In this document: one piece after another, positions 48,116-57,116 of the stretch
Layout of the letters: every line of letters starts with the position of its first letter
Position numbering within the stretch: position 1 is the first letter of the stretch
Assembly (NCBI GenBank): GCA_965601925.1
Contig: OZ271854.1
Location: 2,944,001 to 3,008,000 of the forward strand
Length of the DNA stretch: 64,000 nucleotides
Origin: Alkalispirochaeta sp.
Lineage (GTDB): Bacteria; Spirochaetota; Spirochaetia; DSM-27196; Alkalispirochaetaceae
Reading direction: 5' to 3'
Made by a program: the position numbers and the translations under genes
Notes under the pieces: model-generated
Seen by the model: only the letters and a program-made list of their open reading frames with translations
Told to the model about the DNA's origin: nothing
Databases searched by the model: none

Positions 48116-49402
48116 CTATCGGATGCGGGCGCCGACCTCCTCGGCCGCGGCATCCAACGCCTCCTCGACTCCCCGTTCACCGACCATGATCGATTGCAGG
48201 GCCGTCTGGAGGGCCGAGCTGATCTGAGGATACTCGGGAGTAGCCGGCCGAGTGCGCGCCATGGGCAGTATCTCTTCGATCACCGGATAGAAGGGGATGG
48301 CCTCGGTGAAGCCCGAATCACCGGCCAAACTTACGCGAACCGGGACGTAGCCGCGGGAGATAGCCCACGTCCTATGGTTTTGCGCATTCATGGCGATCGA
48401 GATAAACTCCCACGCCAAGTCGGCGTTTTGCGCCCCCGACGGAATCGCGACGGTCCATCCGCCGGCGCCCGAGGGACTCACCGAACCGTCGGGGCTCGGT
48501 ACGAAGGAGACGCCGAAGGTGTCGTTGAACTCCTCGACCGTGGTGACACCCGCCTCCCGCGCGAAGTTAAAGAACCACGACCCGACGACGCCCATGGCGT
48601 ATGCGCCGGAGGCGACGGCTCGATCGTTGTCGTCCGCCGACGCGCTGAGCACATCTACGGGAGTAACGCCCGCCTCGATAAGATCGCGATAGAAGGTCGC
48701 GGCCCGCACACCCGCCTCACCGTTGAAGGCGACCCGACCCTCGGCGTCGAGAATTTCTCCTCCGGCGCCCCAGAGGAAGGAGTACCAGCGATGGGCCAGG
48801 TGTTCCGAGCTTCCGCCGGGGACCATCATGCCGTACACGCCGGGGGGGTCGTTGACCGCTTGGGCCGCCGCGAGCAGCTCGTCCCAGGTTTGCGGGCCTC
48901 GGTCGGGATCGAGCCCGGCGCGCTCGAATGCCGCGCGGTTCCAAACGAAGACGCGCAAATCGGTGTTCATGAAGACGGAGTAGGGAACGCCGTCCCAGGA
49001 TCCGGCCTCTCGGAAGTTCGGGAGAATGTCGTTCCAACCGTCCCAGCCGTCGACATAGGGAGTCAGCGGAGCCAGAAGTCCCGCGTCGACCATTTCACCG
49101 ATCGCATTTGAATCGACCATAACGACGTCCGGCGACTCTCCCGCTGCGGCTGAGTTAAGGAACTTCGATTTGACGTTGCCTCCGCCCTGTTGGACATCGA
49201 ATACTACGGTGAGGTTCGGATAGCGCGCCTCGATCTCCCGTTTCGCCGCCTCAAAGGGCGAATCGTCCGCCCCGACCGTCCAGTGGCCGACGAGCACATT
49301 GAGTTCCACGTCCTCCGTCCCCGTATCGGCGGCTCCGCCCGCCCACAGGGATGCAACCAGTAGTACCATGAGTGTCAAAGCAAGTATCGATCTACGAATC
49401 AT
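48116..49402 (-). CDS. Sugar ABC transporter substrate-binding protein
   Basis: Signal peptide ending WAGG, PDVVMVD, PQTWDEL, GGW, AWEFI. AGGAGG SD. Confidence 0.95.
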   Translation of the reverse strand: MIRRSILALTLMVLLVASLWAGGAADTGTEDVELNVLVGHWTVGADDSPFEAAKREIEARYPNLTVVFDVQQGGGNVKSKFLNSAAAGESPDVVMVDSNAIGEMVDAGLLAPLTPYVDGWDGWNDILPNFREAGSWDGVPYSVFMNTDLRVFVWNRAAFERAGLDPDRGPQTWDELLAAAQAVNDPPGVYGMMVPGGSSEHLAHRWYSFLWGAGGEILDAEGRVAFNGEAGVRAATFYRDLIEAGVTPVDVLSASADDNDRAVASGAYAMGVVGSWFFNFAREAGVTTVEEFNDTFGVSFVPSPDGSVSPSGAGGWTVAIPSGAQNADLAWEFISIAMNAQNHRTWAISRGYVPVRVSLAGDSGFTEAIPFYPVIEEILPMARTRPATPEYPQISSALQTALQSIMVGERGVEEALDAAAEEVGARIR

Positions 49403-49431
49403 GGATTGGCCTCCTTACAAACGATTTAGGA

Positions 49432-49578
49432 AAGCATATCATTACATATCAATCATGTAAAATAATTCGCGGATTATTTTTATATGCTTATTATATATGT
49501 TTTTAAGTGAGGGAAAGAAATTGTTATTTTGTTATATCAAAACTTGACCGACATCCCGTTTCGATCTATTATGACGAT
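49432..49578. promoter_or_regulatory. AT-rich divergent promoter region with nested inverted repeats
   Basis: AAGCATAT/ATATGCTT, AAAATAAT/ATTATTTT, TTACAT/ATGTAA. TTGACC (49544), N17, TATTAT (49567). Confidence 0.65.
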
Positions 49579-50697
49579 ATGGCAGGACCGACGCCGCTAT
49601 ACCGCGTGATTTACGACGACTTGCTGGTGAAGATTCGAGACGGCGTCTATCGCGCCGGTGACCGTATACCGACGGAGCACCAATGGGCGGAGCAGTTCGG
49701 CGTGAGTCGTATCACCTCCAAAAGGGCCCTCGACATGGCGGCGGAGATGGGACTCATCAAGAAGTTCCCCAAGAAAGGGTCCTTCATCGCCGAGGATGCG
49801 ATTCGCGTGCTCAATCGTACGAGCCCCGTTGACCGAAAGATCGTCGGCATCATCCAACCTGACCTCTCGGACTCCTTCGGCCTCGAAGTCTTTCGGGAGC
49901 TCCAGCGCCTCGCCCAAGAACACGGCATGCTTACCACTACCGGGCTCTCGAGTGACGACAGCAACGTCGAACAATCCCTTATTGCGAGCTTTATCGACTT
50001 CGGCGTCGACGCCCTCGTCATCAAACCGGTCCACAACGAGACCTTCAACAACCAAGTATTGCAGCTCATTATCGACGACTACCCGGTTGTACTCATCGAT
50101 CGTTATCTCAAGGATGTTTCGTGCCCTCACGTCGTATCGAACAATCATCAAGGGGCCGTCGACGGCATGAATTATCTCTACTCTCTGGGCCACACCGATA
50201 TAGCCGTCATGTCGCGGCCAATCGGCGCGACGACGACCCTCGTGGAACGGAAAGCGGGTATTATGGACGCGATCGTACGGCAGGGTCGACGGTTTCGTCC
50301 CGAGTGGATGCTTACCGACCTCCAAGCGCTCGACGTACGTGACGGCCGTTCGTTCGACGAGGCAAAGAAGCGCGTGAAGTCGTTTCTCGTCAAGCACCGC
50401 GAGATAACGGCGGTGTTCGCGCTCAAGTACGTGCTCGTGCCGGTCATAGAAGAGGCGGCTTTTGAACTGGGCCTTTCCATTCCCGAAGACCTCTCGGTAC
50501 TGTGCTTCGACGCTCCGGCACATCTTCTCAACCATATCAAACCCATTACTCATATCAGGCAAAATGAACCGGAGATCGCCTCGCGGGTCTTTGACTCGAT
50601 TCTGAAACGCCTCGAAGGAGCATCGGCGGAAGCTGCCCAGAGTGTCGACGTCGAGCTGGTTATCGGGAGGACTACCGACGTTCCGCGCCGAGCCTGA
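49579..50697 (+). CDS. GntR-HTH plus LacI-type sensor domain regulator (AraR-like)
   Basis: PLY, GDRIPTE, GVSRITSKRAL, KGSF, VLIDRY, IPEDLSVLCFD. Confidence 0.93.
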   Translation: MAGPTPLYRVIYDDLLVKIRDGVYRAGDRIPTEHQWAEQFGVSRITSKRALDMAAEMGLIKKFPKKGSFIAEDAIRVLNRTSPVDRKIVGIIQPDLSDSFGLEVFRELQRLAQEHGMLTTTGLSSDDSNVEQSLIASFIDFGVDALVIKPVHNETFNNQVLQLIIDDYPVVLIDRYLKDVSCPHVVSNNHQGAVDGMNYLYSLGHTDIAVMSRPIGATTTLVERKAGIMDAIVRQGRRFRPEWMLTDLQALDVRDGRSFDEAKKRVKSFLVKHREITAVFALKYVLVPVIEEAAFELGLSIPEDLSVLCFDAPAHLLNHIKPITHIRQNEPEIASRVFDSILKRLEGASAEAAQSVDVELVIGRTTDVPRRA

Positions 50698-50851
50698 GCG
50701 GTACGGCGCCCTCGGCGCGGGGTGATTTCGCGCACCGGGCGTGCGGAAGAGGCGGCGCCGTGCGATATGCCCGAGCGGGAAGTTGGAACCGGAACCCGAC
50801 CTTCTCACCATCCTACCCATTTTCTATAGACGGCGATACAATGAGGGGATC

Positions 50852-51979
50852 ATGCACTACCACGTGGCTATCGATATCGGTGCCGGCCAAAGCACGAAAG
50901 TGGCGATCTGTCCCACTCCGCATGATATCCTCGTAGAGGACGAACTGCCGATCGGCCGATACGGAAGCAATTTCGAAGAGTATAGTGTCGCTCTGGGAAA
51001 ACTCATAGAGGCCGCCGTCCGTCGCGCCGGCGCTACTGTGGATACGATGTTGGGTATCGGCGTAGCCACCGCTGGTATCCTCGCCTCCGACGGCGCGTTT
51101 ATCTTGGTCGCCAACATTCCCTTTCTCAAGGGACACAACTTAAAGGTGTGGCTGGAGACGCAGTTCGACGTTCCGGTCGGAATCGATAACGACGCCAACG
51201 CCGGCGGACTTGCGGAGTGGAGTGTTCTCAATGTCGAGTTGCTCTATTGGGTCTTCGGCGGCGGCTGGGGCGGGGCGTGGATTTCCGGGGACGGTGCGGT
51301 CAGGTTTCCCGCCCTCGACTGGGACGGCGACGACGCCTCGCTCCACCCGACCAACGAGCCGGGCTATTCTATCCCGCTGAGCAAAATGATGTTGCGCCAG
51401 GTCTTTCTCGAGGTCAACGGGAGTTATGAGCGATTCGAGTACGATCTGTTGGAAGAGTTCGACGGCGATCGGAGTGCGCTCCTCGGTCCGGCGGGAGATC
51501 CCGACAGCTTGCGCGCCGAGGTGATACTGAGTGGTCCCGGAAGACGACGACTCTTTCGCACCATGGTAGGAGAGAACGACTTTTATGAGCGTTTTCTCGA
51601 TATGCACGAGTTGGATCAAATGGCCGACCCTACCCGCGCCGGTGAGTACATAAGTAAACTTTCAAGTATGCGCGTCGAGGCGGCTACCAACACCGATCGT
51701 CTTTACGGAAAGATTCTCGCCCACGCGACCCGGACGATGATCAAACGCGCCGCGGCCGACGGTCTTCCCGACGGGGTGCCGATCTGCCTCGGCGGCAAAC
51801 CGAGTTATGCGCTGCCCTATTTCGGGCCCAGTACGCAACGATTTCTCGGTAAGTTCGGCATGCTCAATTATCTCAGGCCGAGCGTCATCGACGAGCGGGG
51901 CCTCAACGCGAACGTGGTCGGCGCGGCGGTACTCTCCCAAAAAGCGGTCGCCGCGGTGCGTGCGCAACCGGCCCTCTAG
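50852..51979 (+). CDS. ROK-family protein (atypical)
   Basis: AIDIGAG, GIGVATAG, IDNDANAGGLAE, ANVVGAA. Confidence 0.85.
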   Translation: MHYHVAIDIGAGQSTKVAICPTPHDILVEDELPIGRYGSNFEEYSVALGKLIEAAVRRAGATVDTMLGIGVATAGILASDGAFILVANIPFLKGHNLKVWLETQFDVPVGIDNDANAGGLAEWSVLNVELLYWVFGGGWGGAWISGDGAVRFPALDWDGDDASLHPTNEPGYSIPLSKMMLRQVFLEVNGSYERFEYDLLEEFDGDRSALLGPAGDPDSLRAEVILSGPGRRRLFRTMVGENDFYERFLDMHELDQMADPTRAGEYISKLSSMRVEAATNTDRLYGKILAHATRTMIKRAAADGLPDGVPICLGGKPSYALPYFGPSTQRFLGKFGMLNYLRPSVIDERGLNANVVGAAVLSQKAVAAVRAQPAL

Positions 51980-52015
51980 CGACTCGATACTGTCCTCCGA
52001 CTATACTGCTCCTCT

Positions 52016-53071
52016 ATGAGTATCGATCCTGGTAGAAGATTCATCGTCGCCGCACCGGTCGTCGATACGATGGACGAGTGTCGACGTCTCCTGGACGACT
52101 ACATAGAGCAGCACGTCGGTGGAATCATGGTGGGGGTCGGTGGCCGCCATCCGCTCTTGGAACGGGCCGGCGTCATCGACTTGGAGACGACCGCACGATT
52201 CATCGAGGAACTTCGCGCCGCGAGCCCGGAGCTGATCATCGCCGTCGATGCCGAGGGCGGTTCGATATTCAATATTTTGGAGCATCACTCGCCGCTCCAG
52301 GGCGCTGCACATTACACTCGCCGCGCGGAGCCGGCCGCCGGACAGTTCGAGTCCGATGTTCGCGTGCACGCGGCCTTGCTTCGCGATCTTGGGGTGACGA
52401 TGAACTTCGCGCCGCTTCTGGATGTGGCGCTGCCGGGATACGTCGGATATCCGGCAGCCGACGGCAGAAGCTACGGCGACGAGGTCGCGACCGTGGTCGG
52501 CTACGCCGGGCGGTTTATCTCGATCATGGAGGAGTACGGCATTACCGCGGTAGCGAAACACTTTCCGGGATACGGCGCCCTCATGCGCAATCCGCACCGA
52601 ACCCTTACGACGCCGCCGGCCGAGTACGAGGGAAGTGCGCTGGCTCCCTACCGTACCCTCGCCGTCGACGGGCTTCCTGCGGTCATGACCGGCCACGTAC
52701 CGTGGAGCCGGAGCGACGGACTGCCCGCCAGTTTGAGTACCGCGTCGCTTCGGGCTTTGCGAGACGATATCGGATTTTCGGGCTTAGTCGTCGCCGACGA
52801 GCTCTTCATGGGGGCGGTGACCGAGGCGCTCGTCGCCCGCGGCCACGGCGAGGACCCCGACGGCGCGGCGCGCGCGGTGCTGGCGCTCCAAGCCAACGAT
52901 GTGGCGATCGTCAGCTACCCGATCCAAAACGCCGACGGAACGGTCACGGGACTGCCCGGCGGGGCTGTGCGCTTTCCGGCGATGCGTCGCGCGGTGATGG
53001 AGGCGATGGATCGCGGCGTCGAGTTAGCTCCCTATGAACCGATATCGCACCGTGCGACACAAGACGCCTGA
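52016..53071 (+). CDS. GH3 beta-N-acetylhexosaminidase-like (single domain)
   Basis: AVDAEGG, NFAPLLD, RSYG, KHFPGYG, VMTGH, GFSGLVVADEL.M. Confidence 0.85.
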   Translation: MSIDPGRRFIVAAPVVDTMDECRRLLDDYIEQHVGGIMVGVGGRHPLLERAGVIDLETTARFIEELRAASPELIIAVDAEGGSIFNILEHHSPLQGAAHYTRRAEPAAGQFESDVRVHAALLRDLGVTMNFAPLLDVALPGYVGYPAADGRSYGDEVATVVGYAGRFISIMEEYGITAVAKHFPGYGALMRNPHRTLTTPPAEYEGSALAPYRTLAVDGLPAVMTGHVPWSRSDGLPASLSTASLRALRDDIGFSGLVVADELFMGAVTEALVARGHGEDPDGAARAVLALQANDVAIVSYPIQNADGTVTGLPGGAVRFPAMRRAVMEAMDRGVELAPYEPISHRATQDA

Positions 53072-53153
53072 ACCGCGGTGTCAATGCATCCCGGTAGAAC
53101 CTTTCGCGCCGTAAACATTGCGGACCGCCGTCGTCCCGCCTATCATTGAGTGT

Positions 53154-53396
53154 ATGAAAACCACCGTCGACATTCCCACGGCGTTGTATCGGCGGTCGCG
53201 GAGTATCGCCGCGGCGCGGGGCGTGAGTTTCCGCACCTTTCTTACCGAGGCGTTGCAGGAGAAAGTGCTTCACGGCGATATGCGCGCCTGGACCGATTCG
53301 TTCGGGGCCCTCTCCTCGGCCCACGACGCCCTCGCCGAGGTCGAGCGCGCCATTTCCTTCGTCCGTCGCCCGTCGAACGAGCCAGCCCGACTATGA
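53154..53396 (+). CDS. vapB: VapB-like antitoxin (RHH-type)
   Basis: MKTTVDIP..LY, small, ATGA-coupled to a PIN gene. Promoter TTGCGG-N17-TATCAT. Confidence 0.8.
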   Translation: MKTTVDIPTALYRRSRSIAAARGVSFRTFLTEALQEKVLHGDMRAWTDSFGALSSAHDALAEVERAISFVRRPSNEPARL

Positions 53397-53770
53397 TTCT
53401 CGACGCCGGGGCCGTATCGGCGATACTTCGAGGCGACGAATCCATCAAGCCGGTCGTCGAGACCGGGGCGATGCTCGCCATTCCCGTGATCGTGGTCGGC
53501 GAGTACCGCTACGCGCTGATCGATTCCTCCAAAGGGCGAGAGATCGAGCGCGCCTTGGATCGTCTCATACGATCTCTGCACGTTCTCACCGTGGACGAGC
53601 GCACCGCCGAGCACTACGCCGAAATCCGTCGACGGCTCATCGGACGGCCCCGTCCTCTGCCCGAGAACGGTATATGGATCGGCGCGCTCGCGCGTCAATA
53701 CGAACTGCCGATCCTCAGTCGCGAGACCTCCTTCGACGAGATTCCCAAGGTGCGGCGTATCGGTTGGTAG
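53393..53770 (+). CDS. vapC: VapC-like PIN-domain toxin (degenerate active site)
   Basis: MILD, VIVVGEY, YAEIR, P.NGIWI.A.A, LPILSRE..F. Confidence 0.85.
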   Translation: MILDAGAVSAILRGDESIKPVVETGAMLAIPVIVVGEYRYALIDSSKGREIERALDRLIRSLHVLTVDERTAEHYAEIRRRLIGRPRPLPENGIWIGALARQYELPILSRETSFDEIPKVRRIGW

Positions 53771-53818
53771 CGGCTCGAGGTGCCGCCGCCTCGGCGGTGT
53801 GCGTCGCCCCGCAAGACG

Positions 53819-54249
53819 TTACGCGTCCTGACGTGCGGCGATAATTGCCGGGATTTCCGATAGCGTATCGACGCGCACTTCGGGTATTTCTCCGGCGTGA
53901 GTCGGTTTTTGGAGACGGTTATTCCCCCGGCGTATCCAGATCGTGTGCCGGCCCATGCACGCGCCGGGACGATATCGTCGTCGATACGGTCTCCCACTAT
54001 CCACACGATCCGTGCATCTCCCGCAACGGCCGCCGCAATATCCAACGGCGCGATGCGACCGAGTGCGTACGTGAATACCGAGGGCACCATCTTCGAGGCG
54101 CCCTCCTCTTGGAGCTCCAGAATACGCTCCGGCGTCGTGGCAACTCGGCGCCGCGCGAAGGCGGCGGCGGCACTCCCGGCGCGGTGCACGTGCGCATCTC
54201 GCTCGTCCTCCAACGTCCACCCGAGTTCTACGAATACGATCGGCCCCAT
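53819..54249 (-). pseudogene. HAD-family hydrolase remnant
   Basis: VFVELGWTL and VGDRIDDDIVPA in one frame, G.HTIWIRRG...VDTLSEIP in another (frameshift near 53955). Central HAD motifs absent. Confidence 0.7.
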
Positions 54250-54324
54250 GATGGATATCAGTGTACCGCGGAACCGGCCGGGGCACCCGCGGTTCGGCCG
54301 GCCCCTTCCAGTTCCTGAAAAAGC

Positions 54325-56847
54325 CTAAATGAAGAGATTGAGTCCCGCGTGCTCGGTCGCCTCCAGGTAGCTCGCAACGCCGCCGATCTCGACGCCGTCG
54401 ATGAGCTCCTCCGCGGCGACACCCATAACGTCCATCGACATCTGACACGCCACGAGGCGTACACCACTTTCGATCGCCGAGGCGAGCATCGCGTCGATGG
54501 AGTCGATGTTTTTGCGCTTCATGCGGCTTTTCATCATCGTCGCACCCAGTCCCCCGAAGTTCATTTTGCTCATGCCGAGCTCGTCGGTACCTCCCGGAAG
54601 CATCCAACTGAACATGCGACCCATGATGTCTTTCCGTACCCGCGGCTTGCGCGCCCTCTTCAAGAGCGACAGGCCCCAAAAGGTGAAAAAGAGTGTTACC
54701 TCCTTGCCGGCCGCGGCCGCACCGTTGGCGATAACCAAACTTGCCAAGGCGCGATCCATATCGTCCGAGAAGACGACCAGGGTGCTCCCGTTTCTCGTAG
54801 TCTCGCGCCGTTCAACCTCGACGACCGGTTCCGCGTGCGGAAGCGCCTTCTCGACCGTCGCGGTGATGGTAGCACCGTCGTTCTTTAGTTGTACCAGGCG
54901 ATTGCCGGTCATCGAGCACCAACTCTCGACGTCGCGTGCAAAGCCCGGGTCGGTGGCGGTCTCCACCAGGCGGCGGCCCGGTTCCATCCCGTCGATGGCC
55001 CGCTTGAGACGCAGAATCGGCCCCGGGCACTGGAGACCGCGGGCGTCGACGGTGAGCGCCTCGACCTCGATCGTACGGGTGAGCGCTGCGGCCAATGGAT
55101 CCTCCTCGGCTTTCCCGGCGGCGTGTTCGACGTCGGCTTGGTAAATATTGTCGTCCTTGCCGATGTAATCGCGTTCATAGACATCTTCGTTCCCCTGCCT
55201 TTGCGCCGCCGTCTCGAAGGTTCGGTAGCCGCCGGAGAGGTTATACACGTCCGTGAATCCGTGTTGCAGCAATGCGCGCTCGGCGTGGTACGCCCGGAGC
55301 CCGACGCCGCAAAAGACGACGACCGTCTTGCCCTGCGGAATCTCGTCCAGTCGATCGCGCAGTTCGTACAGCGGAATATTGACCGCCCCTTCGATCGTTC
55401 CGATGTCGAACTCTTCCGGCGTCCGCACATCGATGAGCGCCATCTCGTCGAGATCGCAACTCATGAGACTATGCCAATGGATGTGGCGACTGCGCCCGAG
55501 TAAGACGTTCTCGGCGACGAAACCGGCGATATTGACGGGATCCTTGGCGGACGAGTAGGGCGGTGCGTAGGCGTGCTCGATCTCGGTGAGGTCGCGAATC
55601 GTACCGCCGTTGCGGACTACGGTGGCCATGAGGTCGATCCGCTTGTCCACGCCGTCGTATCCTACGATCTGCGCTCCCAGCAGGCGACCGTCTTCGGGCG
55701 AAAAGAGCGTTTTCATGCTCATCGCCGCCGCGTCGGGATAGTAGCCGGCGTGGGAGCTCGAATGGGTGATCGTCGCCCGGTAGGGAAGCCCCGCCGCCTC
55801 CAGCGCCTTTTCACCGGCTCCGGTCGTCGCTACGGTGATATCGAACACCTTGGCGACGGCGGTCTGGATCGATCCACCGTACCGATGGGAGTCGCCGTAT
55901 ACAATGTTGTTCGCCACGATCCGGCCCTGCTTATTGGCGGGACCCGCGAGATAGGTGATCGTCGCCGCGCCGGTGATCGGATTGGGATACTCGATCGCGT
56001 CTCCGCAGGCGTACACGTCGGGGTCGTTCGTCCGGAGGTACTCATCGACTGTGATACCGCCGGTCTCTCCCGTCTCGATTCCCGCCTCGCGCGCAAGGGC
56101 GCTTTCGGGCCGGACGCCGATCGAGAGAATGACCATGTCCGCGGCGATGGTGCGCCCGCTTTTGAGAGTGATGAGAATATCGTCCGCGCGCCGCTCGAAC
56201 GAGGCGACTCCGTCCTGGAGATAGAACTCCACGCTCTTCGTCTTGAGATGCTGGTGCACCATGGCGGCCATCTCAAAGTCGACGACGTTCATCACCTGGT
56301 GCGCCATCTCCACGATCGTGACGAAGACGCCGCGGTGGTGAAGGTTCTCCGCCATCTCCAGACCGATAAATCCAGCTCCGACGATGACCGCCCGCCGCGG
56401 CTTGTGCGCATCGACGAACGCCTTTATGGCGTCGGTCTCCGGGACGCTGCGAAGGGTGAAGATACCCTTCGAGTTGATTCCGGGGATGGGCGGCCGTACC
56501 GGCTCGGCTCCCGGCGAGAGCACGAGCTTATCGTACGATTCGCGGTACTCCTCTCCCGTATCGACCCGCCGGACGTAAACGAGTTTGTTCTCGCGGTCGA
56601 TCGACAGTACTTCCGTGCGGACGCGCACCTCGATGTGATAGTTGTTGAGGAAGTTCTCGGGTGTCTGAACGAAGAGGCGCTCGCGCTCCTCGATGACGCC
56701 GCCGATGTAGTAGGGCAGCCCGCAGTTGGCATAGCTGATGTGTTCGCCGCGCTCAAAGATGATGATCTCGGCGTGTTCGTCTATACGGCGCAGTCTGGCC
56801 GCGGTAGTGGCTCCACCGGCGACACCGCCGACGATGAGAACTCGCAT
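54325..56847 (-). CDS. CoA-disulfide reductase-rhodanese-TusA-DsrE fusion
   Basis: GGVAGG, SYANCGLPY, GAGFIGLE, AYAPPY, rhodanese FCGVGLR, TusA CPGP, DsrE LFFTFWG/ACQMSM. Confidence 0.95.
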   Translation of the reverse strand: MRVLIVGGVAGGATTAARLRRIDEHAEIIIFERGEHISYANCGLPYYIGGVIEERERLFVQTPENFLNNYHIEVRVRTEVLSIDRENKLVYVRRVDTGEEYRESYDKLVLSPGAEPVRPPIPGINSKGIFTLRSVPETDAIKAFVDAHKPRRAVIVGAGFIGLEMAENLHHRGVFVTIVEMAHQVMNVVDFEMAAMVHQHLKTKSVEFYLQDGVASFERRADDILITLKSGRTIAADMVILSIGVRPESALAREAGIETGETGGITVDEYLRTNDPDVYACGDAIEYPNPITGAATITYLAGPANKQGRIVANNIVYGDSHRYGGSIQTAVAKVFDITVATTGAGEKALEAAGLPYRATITHSSSHAGYYPDAAAMSMKTLFSPEDGRLLGAQIVGYDGVDKRIDLMATVVRNGGTIRDLTEIEHAYAPPYSSAKDPVNIAGFVAENVLLGRSRHIHWHSLMSCDLDEMALIDVRTPEEFDIGTIEGAVNIPLYELRDRLDEIPQGKTVVVFCGVGLRAYHAERALLQHGFTDVYNLSGGYRTFETAAQRQGNEDVYERDYIGKDDNIYQADVEHAAGKAEEDPLAAALTRTIEVEALTVDARGLQCPGPILRLKRAIDGMEPGRRLVETATDPGFARDVESWCSMTGNRLVQLKNDGATITATVEKALPHAEPVVEVERRETTRNGSTLVVFSDDMDRALASLVIANGAAAAGKEVTLFFTFWGLSLLKRARKPRVRKDIMGRMFSWMLPGGTDELGMSKMNFGGLGATMMKSRMKRKNIDSIDAMLASAIESGVRLVACQMSMDVMGVAAEELIDGVEIGGVASYLEATEHAGLNLFI

Positions 56848-56896
56848 ATCGTCCCTCCGTTGGGTGTGAGAATAGTAGTTGGTTCGTTGTAGTTGC

Positions 56897-56933
56897 AGGG
56901 TAGCGCCCATTTATAGATATGTCAATATCTATA
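56897..56933 (-). promoter_or_regulatory. Promoter with 9-4-9 inverted-repeat operator
   Basis: TATAGATAT-GTCA-ATATCTATA (56912-33) covers minus-strand TTGACA (56925-20). TACCCT lies 17 nt downstream. Confidence 0.75.
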
Positions 56934-57116
56934 TAAAAAAAATTTTATTCTGGACGCGAGAGAGATCTTGTCGTCCGGAGCGAGGTGCGTGAATCCGTCG
57001 ACTCGTTGCCGGGTGGGAGCGCGCGACCGTCCACAAGGATATGCGGGCGTTCATCCGGCGGGTTTGTAGATGGGAGAGTTGTCAGCGCAAAATTGGGCGT
57101 GTTAAGATGGCGGCCA

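Noticed and set aside
53150..53392. Apparent 206-aa fused PIN protein
   Set aside because: Alternative frame of the antitoxin gene. The toxin starts at ATG 53393.
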